From the NCBI GenBank assembly GCA_009777735.1, contig WRLF01000015.1, positions 1,135 through 65,134 of the forward strand: a stretch of DNA of 64,000 nucleotides, in the 5' to 3' direction. The DNA comes from Treponema sp. GTDB lineage: Bacteria; Spirochaetota; Spirochaetia; Treponematales; Breznakiellaceae. The notes below the pieces were generated by a model, which worked only from the letters and a program-made list of their open reading frames with translations, was not told the DNA's origin and made no database searches. Below are positions 38,988-48,362 of the stretch, in pieces. The first letter of the stretch is position 1; the number at the start of each line of letters is the position of its first letter. A program made the position numbers and the translations under genes.

Positions 38988-41900
38988 AAAAGTGTATCGT
39001 TGTTTTGTTGAAAAAAAGCCCGGTTTTGATATCTCCGCAAAAGCTGTGCAAAATGAGTTATCGCATTTTTTAACATTGCCTTCCGTAACGGTACGGATTT
39101 TTAACCGTTATGACATTCAAAATCTGCCGCGGGACAGTTGGCCGCACGTAATGCATACCGTGTTGAGTGAACCGGCGAGCGATAATTGTTATGAAGATGA
39201 CCTGCCGCCGCTGCCTGGGGGAGTTCGGTTATTATACATCGAATCTTTACCCGGACAGTTTGACATGCGCGCTGACTCATGCGAACAATGCGTACAGATG
39301 TTTTTGGGCGGGCAGCGCCCCATTGTGCGGGCAGCGCAGGTGTTTGCGATTGAAGGCATTAACGATACGGATTATAACCGGGTAAAAAATTACTTGATCA
39401 ACCCGGTTGAGTGCCGCGAGGCATCTCCCGACAAACCTGACACCCTGCTCAGACGTGATAACGAGTCCCCTGACGACATTCCGGTACTGAAAGAATTCAC
39501 CGAAATGGATAATGAGTCGCTTGAAATATTAAGATCGCAGCTCAATTTGGCCATGTCGCTTCCCGACTTGTTAACGATACAAAAATATTTTACCGGCGAA
39601 CGCCGCGACCCCACATTAACAGAACTTCGGGTAATGGACACATACTGGTCGGATCATTGCAGGCACACGACATTTAACACCATAATCGGCTCAGTCAATA
39701 TTCATGACGAGCGTGTACAAAAAGCATACGATTTATTTTTAAGAATCAACGGTGAAAAACCGGTAACGCTTATGCGGATAGCTACTGCCGCCATGCGATA
39801 TCTGCATAGACAAGGCGATCTGCCCATGCTTGATGTGTCCGATGAAAATAACGCCTGCACGGTTAAAATCAAAGCGGATTTCGCAAACGGAACCGAGGAC
39901 TGGTTGTTGTTTTTTAAAAACGAGACACACAATCACCCGACGGAAATAGAGCCGTATGGCGGTGCATCAACCTGCATTGGCGGCGCGATACGTGACCCGC
40001 TGTCGGGACGGGCTTATGTGTATCAGGCAATGCGGATTACCGGTGCAGGCGATCCCAGAAAACCAATCGAGGAAACCCTGCCGGGCAAACTTCCGCAACG
40101 CAAAATCACCGTGAAAGCTGCCGAAGGGTACAGCTCCTACGGCAACCAAATCGGGCTTGCTACCGGATATGTGAAAGAATTGTACCATGAAGGATATGTC
40201 GCCAAACGGCTGGAAACAGGAGCGGTGGTAGGGGCTGCACCGCTGTCATCGGTTCGCAGGGAAATTCCTGCTCCGGGTGACATTGTGGTACTGCTGGGAG
40301 GACGCACCGGACGCGACGGTATTGGCGGCGCAACAGGCTCGTCAAAAACCCATGGTACAGAAACCGTTTCCGAATGCGCCGCCGAAGTGCAAAAGGGCAA
40401 CGCGCCGGAAGAACGAAAACTCCAGCGCCTGTTCTCGAACCCGCAAGTGACCGCACTCATTAAACGCTGCAATGATTTTGGCGCGGGCGGCGTGTCGGTG
40501 GCAATCGGTGAACTGACCGACGGAATTGAGATCAACCTTGATGCAGTTCCAACGAAATACGACGGCCTGGACGGCACAGAGCTTGCCATCTCGGAATCGC
40601 AGGAACGCATGGCGGTGGTGGTCGCGGACAGCGATTGGCACGCCCTGTTGCAACACGCCGAGGCGGAAAATATCGAAGCGACAGCAGTCGCCCGCGTAAC
40701 CGGGGACAACCGGCTTGTCATGTTGTGGCGCGGTCAAAAAATTGTTGATATTGATCGGGCCTTTTTGGATACGAACGGCGCCGAACGGCACACTGCCGTT
40801 ACCGTTCCTCCCATGCCTCATTGTAAACCGCAGGCAAACGAAAAGACACTTGCCGAAAAACTGCTCCGGCTTGCCGGCGATTTACAATTTTGCTCGCAAA
40901 AAGGGCTTGTGGAACGCTTTGACAGCACTATTGGCGCGGCAAGCGTTTTCGTACCCTTTGGCGGCAAATATACTATGACAGAAACACAGGTAATGGCAGC
41001 CAAACTGCCAAAGCAAGGAGCCCGCACAGCTTCTGTTATGGCGTATGGATTTGATCCGTATTTTACCGAGACAGACCCATTTGCCGGTTCAGCATACGCA
41101 GTAGTAACATCAATCGCCAAACTGGCCGCGTCAGGCGTAACGCCCGATACAATCCATCTTTCGCTGCAGGAATATTTTCCGCGCATGAACGATGTCCCGG
41201 CGCGTTGGGGGCTGCCTTTTGCCGCCATGCTGGGGGCGTTTTCCGCACAGATGGGCTTAAAAATAGCGGCCATAGGCGGCAAGGATTCCATGTCCGGCAG
41301 TTTCGGAGAGCTTGACGTACCACCCACGCTTATTTCATTTGCTGCGGGTGTCTGCGACGCGTCCCATTTGATAAGCCCCGAATTTAAGAATGCGGGAAAC
41401 CGGGTTTATTTATTGGAAACCCCAATGAATCCCAGCGGCGAGCCCGATTACCCGGCATTGCGAACCGCATGGGAAAATTACGCGACATTGTGCCGCGCCG
41501 GAAAAATACTGTCTGCGTGGGCCTGCGAAACAGGCGGGGTATACGGCGGCATAATGAAAATGGCCCTTGGCAACGAAATTGGATTTTCGGGCAATGCAGA
41601 CATGAAATTTTTTGACCGTTTGTGGGGATCCATTATTTTTGAAACTTCCGATGAATTGGACGGATACAGGTTACTGGGATACACCCAGGCGGAGCCTGCA
41701 CTCACGTTAGGCGAAACCACTGTCCCGCTGGTTGAAATTCGCGCCGCTTGGGAAAAACCTCTTGAAAGTGTATTCCCGGTGAAAACAGAACAGCCTGGCG
41801 TTATCCCTCCTCTTCTTCCTCCGTGTGCTTTGCGTTCCTCTGCGCCTCTGCGTGAAAAAAATTCCAAAAAGACCTTTGCGAAACCAAAGGCGATCATACC

Positions 41901-42678
41901 GGTTTTCCCCGGAACAAATTGCGAAATTGACACCGCCGCAGCGATTGAACGCGCGGGCGGCATGGCCGAAATCGTGCTTGTCCGCAATCTTACGCCGGAA
42001 ATGCTGCAATCCTCTGTCGCCAACCTGGGAAAAGCGATAGCATCCGCTCAAATGATTGTTTTCCCGGGGGGCTTTTCCGGCGGAGACGAGCCGGACGGCT
42101 CCGGAAAATACATTGTGTCGTTATTCCGTAACGAACGCCTGACCGATGCTGTCCACGACTTGCTGTACAACAGGGACGGTCTGGTTTTGGGGATATGCAA
42201 CGGTTTTCAGGCGCTCATAAAACTGGGACTGCTGCCCTTTGGCCGCATATCACCCATGACGGAAGACAGCCCCACGCTGACATTTAACCGCATCGGACGG
42301 CATCAATCACGTTATGTTACTACCCGTGCCGTATCGGTATGTTCACCGTGGCTGTTTAAATGTACGCCGGGGGATATGCATGTTCAGCCCGTTTCACACG
42401 GCGAAGGGCGCTTCACCGCTTCAGCAGATACGCTTAACACATTAAAGTCAAACGGGCAAATCGCCTTTCAATATGTTGATGATGAAGGGATTCCTTCCAT
42501 GGATATTGCGTATAACCCAAACGGATCGGATTGGGCTATCGAAGGTATATGCAGTCCCGATGGCCGAATACTCGGCAAAATGGCGCATACGGAACGGTAC
42601 GGCGAAAATGTTGCAAATAATATTCACGGGAATAAGTTCTTGCCGATATTTGAAAGCGGGGTACATTATTATGTCTGA
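38977..42678 (+). CDS. purL: Phosphoribosylformylglycinamidine synthase (large, clostridial-type PurL)
   Basis: WSDHCRH, ETHNHPT, DFGAGG, GGKDSMSG, GICNGFQ, SHGEG, GKMAH.ER. Confidence 0.95.
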   Translation: MIFEKVYRCFVEKKPGFDISAKAVQNELSHFLTLPSVTVRIFNRYDIQNLPRDSWPHVMHTVLSEPASDNCYEDDLPPLPGGVRLLYIESLPGQFDMRADSCEQCVQMFLGGQRPIVRAAQVFAIEGINDTDYNRVKNYLINPVECREASPDKPDTLLRRDNESPDDIPVLKEFTEMDNESLEILRSQLNLAMSLPDLLTIQKYFTGERRDPTLTELRVMDTYWSDHCRHTTFNTIIGSVNIHDERVQKAYDLFLRINGEKPVTLMRIATAAMRYLHRQGDLPMLDVSDENNACTVKIKADFANGTEDWLLFFKNETHNHPTEIEPYGGASTCIGGAIRDPLSGRAYVYQAMRITGAGDPRKPIEETLPGKLPQRKITVKAAEGYSSYGNQIGLATGYVKELYHEGYVAKRLETGAVVGAAPLSSVRREIPAPGDIVVLLGGRTGRDGIGGATGSSKTHGTETVSECAAEVQKGNAPEERKLQRLFSNPQVTALIKRCNDFGAGGVSVAIGELTDGIEINLDAVPTKYDGLDGTELAISESQERMAVVVADSDWHALLQHAEAENIEATAVARVTGDNRLVMLWRGQKIVDIDRAFLDTNGAERHTAVTVPPMPHCKPQANEKTLAEKLLRLAGDLQFCSQKGLVERFDSTIGAASVFVPFGGKYTMTETQVMAAKLPKQGARTASVMAYGFDPYFTETDPFAGSAYAVVTSIAKLAASGVTPDTIHLSLQEYFPRMNDVPARWGLPFAAMLGAFSAQMGLKIAAIGGKDSMSGSFGELDVPPTLISFAAGVCDASHLISPEFKNAGNRVYLLETPMNPSGEPDYPALRTAWENYATLCRAGKILSAWACETGGVYGGIMKMALGNEIGFSGNADMKFFDRLWGSIIFETSDELDGYRLLGYTQAEPALTLGETTVPLVEIRAAWEKPLESVFPVKTEQPGVIPPLLPPCALRSSAPLREKNSKKTFAKPKAIIPVFPGTNCEIDTAAAIERAGGMAEIVLVRNLTPEMLQSSVANLGKAIASAQMIVFPGGFSGGDEPDGSGKYIVSLFRNERLTDAVHDLLYNRDGLVLGICNGFQALIKLGLLPFGRISPMTEDSPTLTFNRIGRHQSRYVTTRAVSVCSPWLFKCTPGDMHVQPVSHGEGRFTASADTLNTLKSNGQIAFQYVDDEGIPSMDIAYNPNGSDWAIEGICSPDGRILGKMAHTERYGENVANNIHGNKFLPIFESGVHYYV
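41819..41855 (+). repeat. CTY(T/C)GYG-type repeat inserted in-frame in the purL linker
   Basis: CTCCGTGTG CTTTGCGTTC CTCTGCGC CTCTGCGTGA encoding PCALRSSAPLRE. Confidence 0.6.
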
Positions 42679-44167
42679 CATGAGCGCGCTGGAACTTTCT
42701 GCTGCAATACAGGAAAAAAAAATCGGCGTTGCCGAGGTTGTAAACGCTTATCTGGACCGGATAGAAAAAAACGGCAATAAGTATAATGCCTTCATTACAG
42801 TGTCAAAAGAACACGCCCTTGCCCATGCGGAGTCTGTACAGGCAAGAATCAATGCCGGTGAAAAAATATCTGCTCTTGCCGGAGTGCCAATAGCACTGAA
42901 AGACAATATATCTACGACCGGAATCAAAACTACATGCGCGTCAAAAATGCTTGAGGGTTATACACCTGTATTCAACGCCACAGCCGCAGACAGGATCGAA
43001 CAAGCGGGAATGATCATCATCGGAAAACTCAACATGGATGAGTTCGCAATGGGCGGCTCAAGCGAAACAGGTGTATTTAGAGCAGTACAAAACCCCTGGG
43101 ACACTTCGCGGGTTGCGGGAGGTTCTTCCGGCGGCAGCGCCGCAGCAGTGGCAGGGGGCGAAATACCTCTCTCCCTTGGATCTGACACGGGCGGCAGCAT
43201 ACGCCAGCCCTGCGCTTTTTGCGGCGTCACCGGAATAAAGCCGACATACGGTTCCGTATCACGGTACGGGCTTATCGCTTATGCATCATCTCTCGATCAG
43301 ATTGGGCCTGTCGGAAAAAATATTGATGACTGCGCCGCCCTGCTGTCAATCATCAGCGGGCCGGACAAGAGGGACAACACCTGTGTCATCGAAAGACATT
43401 TTGAGTTCGCCAATGCCGGGAAAGATCGGCTTGACGGACTGAGGGTCGGTTTGCCCCGCAATTATTTTGAAAGCGGCATCGGCGGAGAAATCAAAGACGC
43501 TGTTCTGGCAGCAGCGAAGGAGATCGAATCGGCAGGCGCACATATCGAAGAATTTGAAATGCCGCTGACAGACTGCATGATCCCCGCATATTATATTATC
43601 GCCTGCGCCGAAGCATCAAGTAACCTTTCACGGTATGACGGCTTAAAATACGGAAGCCAAAGCGCAAATGCAAAAACGCTTTCCGATGTGTACCGCATGT
43701 CACGCAGCGAAGGTTTTGGGCTTGAAGTAAAAAGAAGGATCATGCTTGGTTCGTTCGTGCTTTCATCGGGATACTACGACTCGTATTACAAAAAAGCCCT
43801 GCAAACCCGCGCACTAATAAAAGACGCTTACAGCCGTTTGTTTGAACGCTTTGATATGATACTTTCTCCCGTCGCGCCTACTACTGCCTACAAGCTGGGA
43901 GAAAACCTGGGTGATCCGATGAAGATGTATATGGGGGATATTTATACCGTATCGGTCAACCTGGCGGGGCTTCCGGCTGCGGCGCTCCCCTGCGGGTTTG
44001 ACAAACAGGGGCTGCCCATTGGCTTTCAGCTTATCAGCGACGCATTCTCAGAGAATAAGCTGATACAAGCAGCGCGGGTGTATCAATGCAGAACCAGCCA
44101 TCATGCTCAAATTCTCAAAAATTTGTCGAAAAAGATCTCACACGGAGACACAAAGGCACAAAGATGA
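42671..44167 (+). CDS. gatA: Asp/Glu-tRNA amidotransferase subunit A
   Basis: IALKDNI, GGSSGGSAAAVA, GSDTGGSIRQP, SNLSRYDG, EVKRRIMLG; start 42671 or 42680. Confidence 0.95.
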   Translation: MSDMSALELSAAIQEKKIGVAEVVNAYLDRIEKNGNKYNAFITVSKEHALAHAESVQARINAGEKISALAGVPIALKDNISTTGIKTTCASKMLEGYTPVFNATAADRIEQAGMIIIGKLNMDEFAMGGSSETGVFRAVQNPWDTSRVAGGSSGGSAAAVAGGEIPLSLGSDTGGSIRQPCAFCGVTGIKPTYGSVSRYGLIAYASSLDQIGPVGKNIDDCAALLSIISGPDKRDNTCVIERHFEFANAGKDRLDGLRVGLPRNYFESGIGGEIKDAVLAAAKEIESAGAHIEEFEMPLTDCMIPAYYIIACAEASSNLSRYDGLKYGSQSANAKTLSDVYRMSRSEGFGLEVKRRIMLGSFVLSSGYYDSYYKKALQTRALIKDAYSRLFERFDMILSPVAPTTAYKLGENLGDPMKMYMGDIYTVSVNLAGLPAAALPCGFDKQGLPIGFQLISDAFSENKLIQAARVYQCRTSHHAQILKNLSKKISHGDTKAQR

Positions 44168-44269
44168 GAAATATGAATACAAATGTAAAACGAAATAACA
44201 AAAATGCAGAAATATATACAATACTTTCAATATATTTTACTATCTCCGTGTCTCTGTGTCTTTGTGTGA
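44138..44269. repeat. Imperfect inverted repeat of octamer units between gatA and gatB
   Basis: TCACACGGAG ACACAAAG GCACAAAG, then an AT-rich 80-nt spacer, then CTCCGTGT CTCTGTGT CTTTGTGTGA. Confidence 0.7.
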
Positions 44270-44303
44270 TATATTATTCGACTGGCTTCAGAGGTGTAAC
44301 AGC

Positions 44304-45746
44304 ATGAAGTGGGAAACCGTTATCGGGCTTGAGGTACACGCCGAGCTTGCAACACAGTCAAAAATTTTTTGCGGCTGCACCACCGCTTTCGGAGGGGAGC
44401 CGAATACCCATGTCTGCCCCGTTTGTTCGGGAATGCCGGGAACGCTTCCTGACCTGAATCGCGCCGTAGTTGAATACGCCATCAGACTGGGGCTTGCTCT
44501 CGATTTTACAATTACCAAACATTGTAAGTTTGATCGTAAAAATTATTTTTATCCCGATTTACCCAAAGCGTATCAAGTGTCTCAGTTATATGCCCCGATT
44601 TGCCGTGACGGGCGGATGGAGATTCACACTGACGGAAAGAAAAAGACAATCGGCATCCGCCAGATACACATGGAAGAAGATGCGGGAAAACTTGTTCACG
44701 ATCCGCACGCCCCCAAAGGGGGGCGAACGTTCATGGATTTTAACCGCTGCGGCGTACCGCTTCTGGAAATAGTTTCGCAGCCGGATTTTCGCAGCAGTGC
44801 CGAGGTGATTGCCTATCTTGAAAAACTACGCGAAACACTCCTGTATCTCGGTATTAGTGACTGCAAGATGCAGGAGGGCTCCATGCGCGCCGATGTCAAT
44901 CTTTCCGTTCGACGACCGGGAGATGAGTTGGGCGTACGTACCGAGATGAAAAACCTCAACTCGTTTAAAGCCATTGGACGCGCCATTGAATATGAGGCAT
45001 CGCGCCAGATTGCGGTTTTGGAAAGCCGCGGCAAGGTCATGCAGGAAACCCGCCGCTGGGACGATGATGCAGGTAAATCATTCGGCATGCGTTCAAAAGA
45101 AAATGCCCAGGATTACCGTTATTTCCCGGAACCGGATCTGCTGCCTCTCGAAATTGACGATGCCTGGCTCGATCGAATAAAAGCAAACCTCCCTGAGCTG
45201 GCCCATGAAAAACGGGAACGGTATGTTCGTGTTTACGGGCTTTCCGAATCTGAAGCATCGGTCATTACCGTACATAAAAATATTTCAGATTTGTTTGAAA
45301 ATGTTGCACATAACAGTGGAGAACCGCTTGAATCGGCGCATTTAATTACCGGTGAAATAATGCGGCTGATGAACGACACCGGAACGCTGCCGGAAGAAGT
45401 ACGGACAGATGCAAATAAACTTTCATTTGTAATAAGCCTTGTTCTTGGCGGTGCAATTAACCGTAATGCGTATAAAGAAGTTGTCGAAGCGGTGTTTACC
45501 AAAAATGCCGACCCGGAAAGTTACATAGCCGAAAAAGGTTTAATGATGGTCAGCGACAACACTATCATTACCGAGGCGGTTACCGCAGTCCTTGCCGCCC
45601 ATGCGGATGAAGCGGCCGATTACCGCTCGGGCAAAGAGAAAGTCTTTGGCTTCCTGATGGGGCAGGTGATGAAAAAACTTGGCGGGACAGGTAATCCTGA
45701 GGTAACGAAGAAAACATTGCAGGAGCTGCTTGCGCAAAGCCGGTAA
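44304..45746 (+). CDS. gatB: Asp/Glu-tRNA amidotransferase subunit B
   Basis: VIGLEVH, FDRKNYFYPDLPK, HMEEDAGK, YRYFPEPDL, GFLMGQVMK. Confidence 0.97.
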   Translation: MKWETVIGLEVHAELATQSKIFCGCTTAFGGEPNTHVCPVCSGMPGTLPDLNRAVVEYAIRLGLALDFTITKHCKFDRKNYFYPDLPKAYQVSQLYAPICRDGRMEIHTDGKKKTIGIRQIHMEEDAGKLVHDPHAPKGGRTFMDFNRCGVPLLEIVSQPDFRSSAEVIAYLEKLRETLLYLGISDCKMQEGSMRADVNLSVRRPGDELGVRTEMKNLNSFKAIGRAIEYEASRQIAVLESRGKVMQETRRWDDDAGKSFGMRSKENAQDYRYFPEPDLLPLEIDDAWLDRIKANLPELAHEKRERYVRVYGLSESEASVITVHKNISDLFENVAHNSGEPLESAHLITGEIMRLMNDTGTLPEEVRTDANKLSFVISLVLGGAINRNAYKEVVEAVFTKNADPESYIAEKGLMMVSDNTIITEAVTAVLAAHADEAADYRSGKEKVFGFLMGQVMKKLGGTGNPEVTKKTLQELLAQSR

Positions 45747-45830
45747 ATTTGATGCCTGCGCCAGTCATGTTAAACATCCCCGCAAGATACATGTGTGGTT
45801 CAGGCTCGCCTCGGAAAAAATTAGATATTT

Positions 45831-45868
45831 TACCCCATCACCCTGTGATAAGCCAGAGGAGCTAGGAT
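45831..45868 (+). promoter_or_regulatory. Palindromic box 1 plus -10 element
   Basis: TA-CCCC-ATCAC-CCT-GTGAT-AAGC-CA, 7 nt, TAGGAT. Confidence 0.7.
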
Positions 45869-45898
45869 AGAAGCAGAATCTTTTTTTAGGAGAAAATA

Positions 45899-46711
45899 AT
45901 GGAAGATGCATCAAAAGAAAAGTCGTCTGACCTTATTAAATTCATAAGATTGAATGAACCAGTAGAGACTATTTATATATCGGATGGAGCTCTAAACCCA
46001 ATTAATTCTTATCGGAAAATTTTAGAAATATGCAAAATGAATGATAATGGAGAATTTGAAAAATGTTCATTAAAAAAAATGGAAGAGAATGCAAGTTTTT
46101 TATCAAAGAATAATTTCTACAAGGAGAAATTTGAAGAAGGAAAGGCTTTAAGGAATATACTGCAAATCCGCAGTAAAAGACTAAATGCCAAATTTGTTTG
46201 GTCAGAAAAAAATATAAAGAGACTAATGAAAATAAATGATAATTTTATCAAATGCTGGGAAACAGGTTTTATTGAAGCAAAGTCTGCCATGAATATGTTA
46301 TTTGAACGAATGGATAATAATAAAGATTCATTTCTGAATAATTATGAAGTTCGGATAAAGCTTCTCCCCAAAATACTAATCCGTAGCAGTAAAACAAGAA
46401 GATATATCAATCGTAAAAATGGAATATATGATGTTATTAACTATGGCAATTGGGATTTAGAACTTAGGGCAAATAACCTATATGATCCATCAACCAAAGA
46501 TGATAAGAATTTTTATAGTCATCGGTATATATCCAAAGACAAAAATTGGAATACTGAAACCTTTGGATGTAAAGAATTATCAGAGCATTATATATGCTAT
46601 ACATTACACAGGTTGTGCCGTAAGGATTGGGCTATTGGAGATATTTTGAAAATTAACCGGATTGATATTGAAGTCAATGTAAGTTGCCAGTCGAGTACAG
46701 AGGTTTTTTAA
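45899..46711 (+). CDS. Hypothetical protein (AT-rich)
   Basis: 270-aa ORF with AGGAG SD; no recognisable family. Confidence 0.7.
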   Translation: MEDASKEKSSDLIKFIRLNEPVETIYISDGALNPINSYRKILEICKMNDNGEFEKCSLKKMEENASFLSKNNFYKEKFEEGKALRNILQIRSKRLNAKFVWSEKNIKRLMKINDNFIKCWETGFIEAKSAMNMLFERMDNNKDSFLNNYEVRIKLLPKILIRSSKTRRYINRKNGIYDVINYGNWDLELRANNLYDPSTKDDKNFYSHRYISKDKNWNTETFGCKELSEHYICYTLHRLCRKDWAIGDILKINRIDIEVNVSCQSSTEVF

Positions 46712-46758
46712 TCAAGAATTATTTGTGATATGCTAGAAATAACTTGAAGAGGAAAGTA

Positions 46759-46983
46759 ATGGAAGATAAAGAAGGTAAAATATCGTCTGAATTAATTAAA
46801 TTTTTAAAAGTGGATATAAACGCAATGTACAATGAGCTTTTCACACCCGGTACTATAAGGAAAAATGATATTAATCTAATGACTCAACAGTTATGTAAAG
46901 TATATGAAAATGATGATTTTGAAAATCGTTCATAAAAAAATCTAGAAAATGATGTTTTTCTCGAACAAAAGGAAAATTTTTAA
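46759..46983 (+). pseudogene. Truncated paralog of the 45899 ORF
   Basis: MEDKEGKISSELIKFLK vs MEDASKEKSSDLIKFIR; LCKVYENDDFENRS*KNLEN vs ICKMNDNGEFEKCSLKKMEE (in-frame TAA). Confidence 0.6.
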
Positions 46984-46987
46984 TATT

Positions 46988-47025
46988 TGCTCCATCACTT
47001 CGTGATTAACCAGACAAGCTATACT
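46988..47025 (+). promoter_or_regulatory. Palindromic box 2 plus -10 element
   Basis: TG-CTCC-ATCAC-TTC-GTGAT-TAAC-CA, 7 nt, TATACT. Confidence 0.75.
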
Positions 47026-47055
47026 TAAATCAATATCACACTGAAGGAGATACCA

Positions 47056-48345
47056 ATGATTGGATCAAACGAAATGAAACTGGATTGCCATACCAGTTGT
47101 ATTATGGCAGTAAAACGGGACGGTCGCTTGCTTGAGCATATTCCAAACCAGAATCTGGAAATTTGTCTTGCGGCAGTTAAGGAAGATTACCGCACTCTGC
47201 AATACGTTAAAAGCAAAACTTTTAAAATTTGCCTTACTGCAGTTACCTGTGACGGCGATGCATTGCAATTTGTTAATGAACATGAACTTGACCAGGAACA
47301 GTATTTTGAAGTTTGTCTTGCTGCCGTAAAAAATGGTTGTTCTTTGCAATATGTAAAGGAACATATTTTAAGTGACAAACAGTATTCGGAAATCTGCTCT
47401 GAAGCGGTTAAAAGAAATAGGCAAGACTTATCATTCATCAGGCAGCAAACCCATGAACTCTGTCTTGCAGCCGTCCTAAATTGCGGATATTCACTGCAGT
47501 ATGTACAAGAGCAATCGTATGAACTCTGCCTTGCCGCCGTTCAAAATGACAGTGACGCTCTAAAGTATGTTGATTCAAACAAGCTTTCCAGCGATCAATA
47601 CTTCCGTATATGCATGAAAGCTATAGCGCATGGAAGCCGGTTAAACTATATGTTTCCGTTTATAGACGAATCACTGTTATCAGAATCGCAATACAGCGAA
47701 TTACGCGCATTTGCTGTTACCAGAGACGGCAGTGTTCTGGAACAGATTAACAAACAAACACCGGAATTGTGCCTTGCCGCTGTTCGGGAAGACGGAATGG
47801 CATTGGAATATGTAAAAAACCAAACGCCAGAAAATTGTCTTGCAGCATTATACAATGACTGCCGCGCCCTTAAATATGTACAAGATCAAAGCGAAGATCT
47901 GTGCATTGCTGCTATGCGAATTAACCATTTTGATGATGACAATAGAAAAAAACGACGGTGCATTTTATGTTCTCCATCACCATCTCCATTACCGTATGTC
48001 AAGAAGCAAACAAAGGCAATTTGCATTGCAGCAGTGGAATCTGACGGTTTATCTCTTGTTTATGTCGAAGAGCAGACTCCAGAAATATGCCTTGCAGCGG
48101 TAAGCCAGAATGGCATGGCGTTGCAGTATGTGAAAAATCAGACTCCGGAAATTTGTCATGCAGCAGTATTGCAGTGCCCTGATGCATTGCAGTTTGCAAG
48201 ACATCAGACTGAAGAATTATGTCTTTCGGCAGTAAGCAGAAATATCAGTATGATATTCTTTGCGGATGAAAAACTGAGAAGTCCAGCTGTGCTGAATGCT
48301 GCGGAAGAACAACGGAAGGCTGAGAAACAAGGGAAAAAGGAATAG
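47056..48345 (+). CDS. DUF4116-type repeat protein
   Basis: Many tandem repeats QTPE(L/I)CLAAV..(N/D)G.AL(Q/E)YV. Confidence 0.8.
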   Translation: MIGSNEMKLDCHTSCIMAVKRDGRLLEHIPNQNLEICLAAVKEDYRTLQYVKSKTFKICLTAVTCDGDALQFVNEHELDQEQYFEVCLAAVKNGCSLQYVKEHILSDKQYSEICSEAVKRNRQDLSFIRQQTHELCLAAVLNCGYSLQYVQEQSYELCLAAVQNDSDALKYVDSNKLSSDQYFRICMKAIAHGSRLNYMFPFIDESLLSESQYSELRAFAVTRDGSVLEQINKQTPELCLAAVREDGMALEYVKNQTPENCLAALYNDCRALKYVQDQSEDLCIAAMRINHFDDDNRKKRRCILCSPSPSPLPYVKKQTKAICIAAVESDGLSLVYVEEQTPEICLAAVSQNGMALQYVKNQTPEICHAAVLQCPDALQFARHQTEELCLSAVSRNISMIFFADEKLRSPAVLNAAEEQRKAEKQGKKE

Positions 48346-48362
48346 GCTTTTTCTGAGAAGAG

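Noticed and set aside
42473-42670. Long N-terminal extensions of gatA, and similarly of hisH, adhE, argG and a permease, in the ORF track
   Set aside because: They overlap upstream genes or promoters; homology and SD position support later starts.
46717-46745. GTGATATGC half-site upstream of the pseudogene as a fifth WYL box
   Set aside because: The left ATCAC half is absent and there is no -10 at the fixed spacing.
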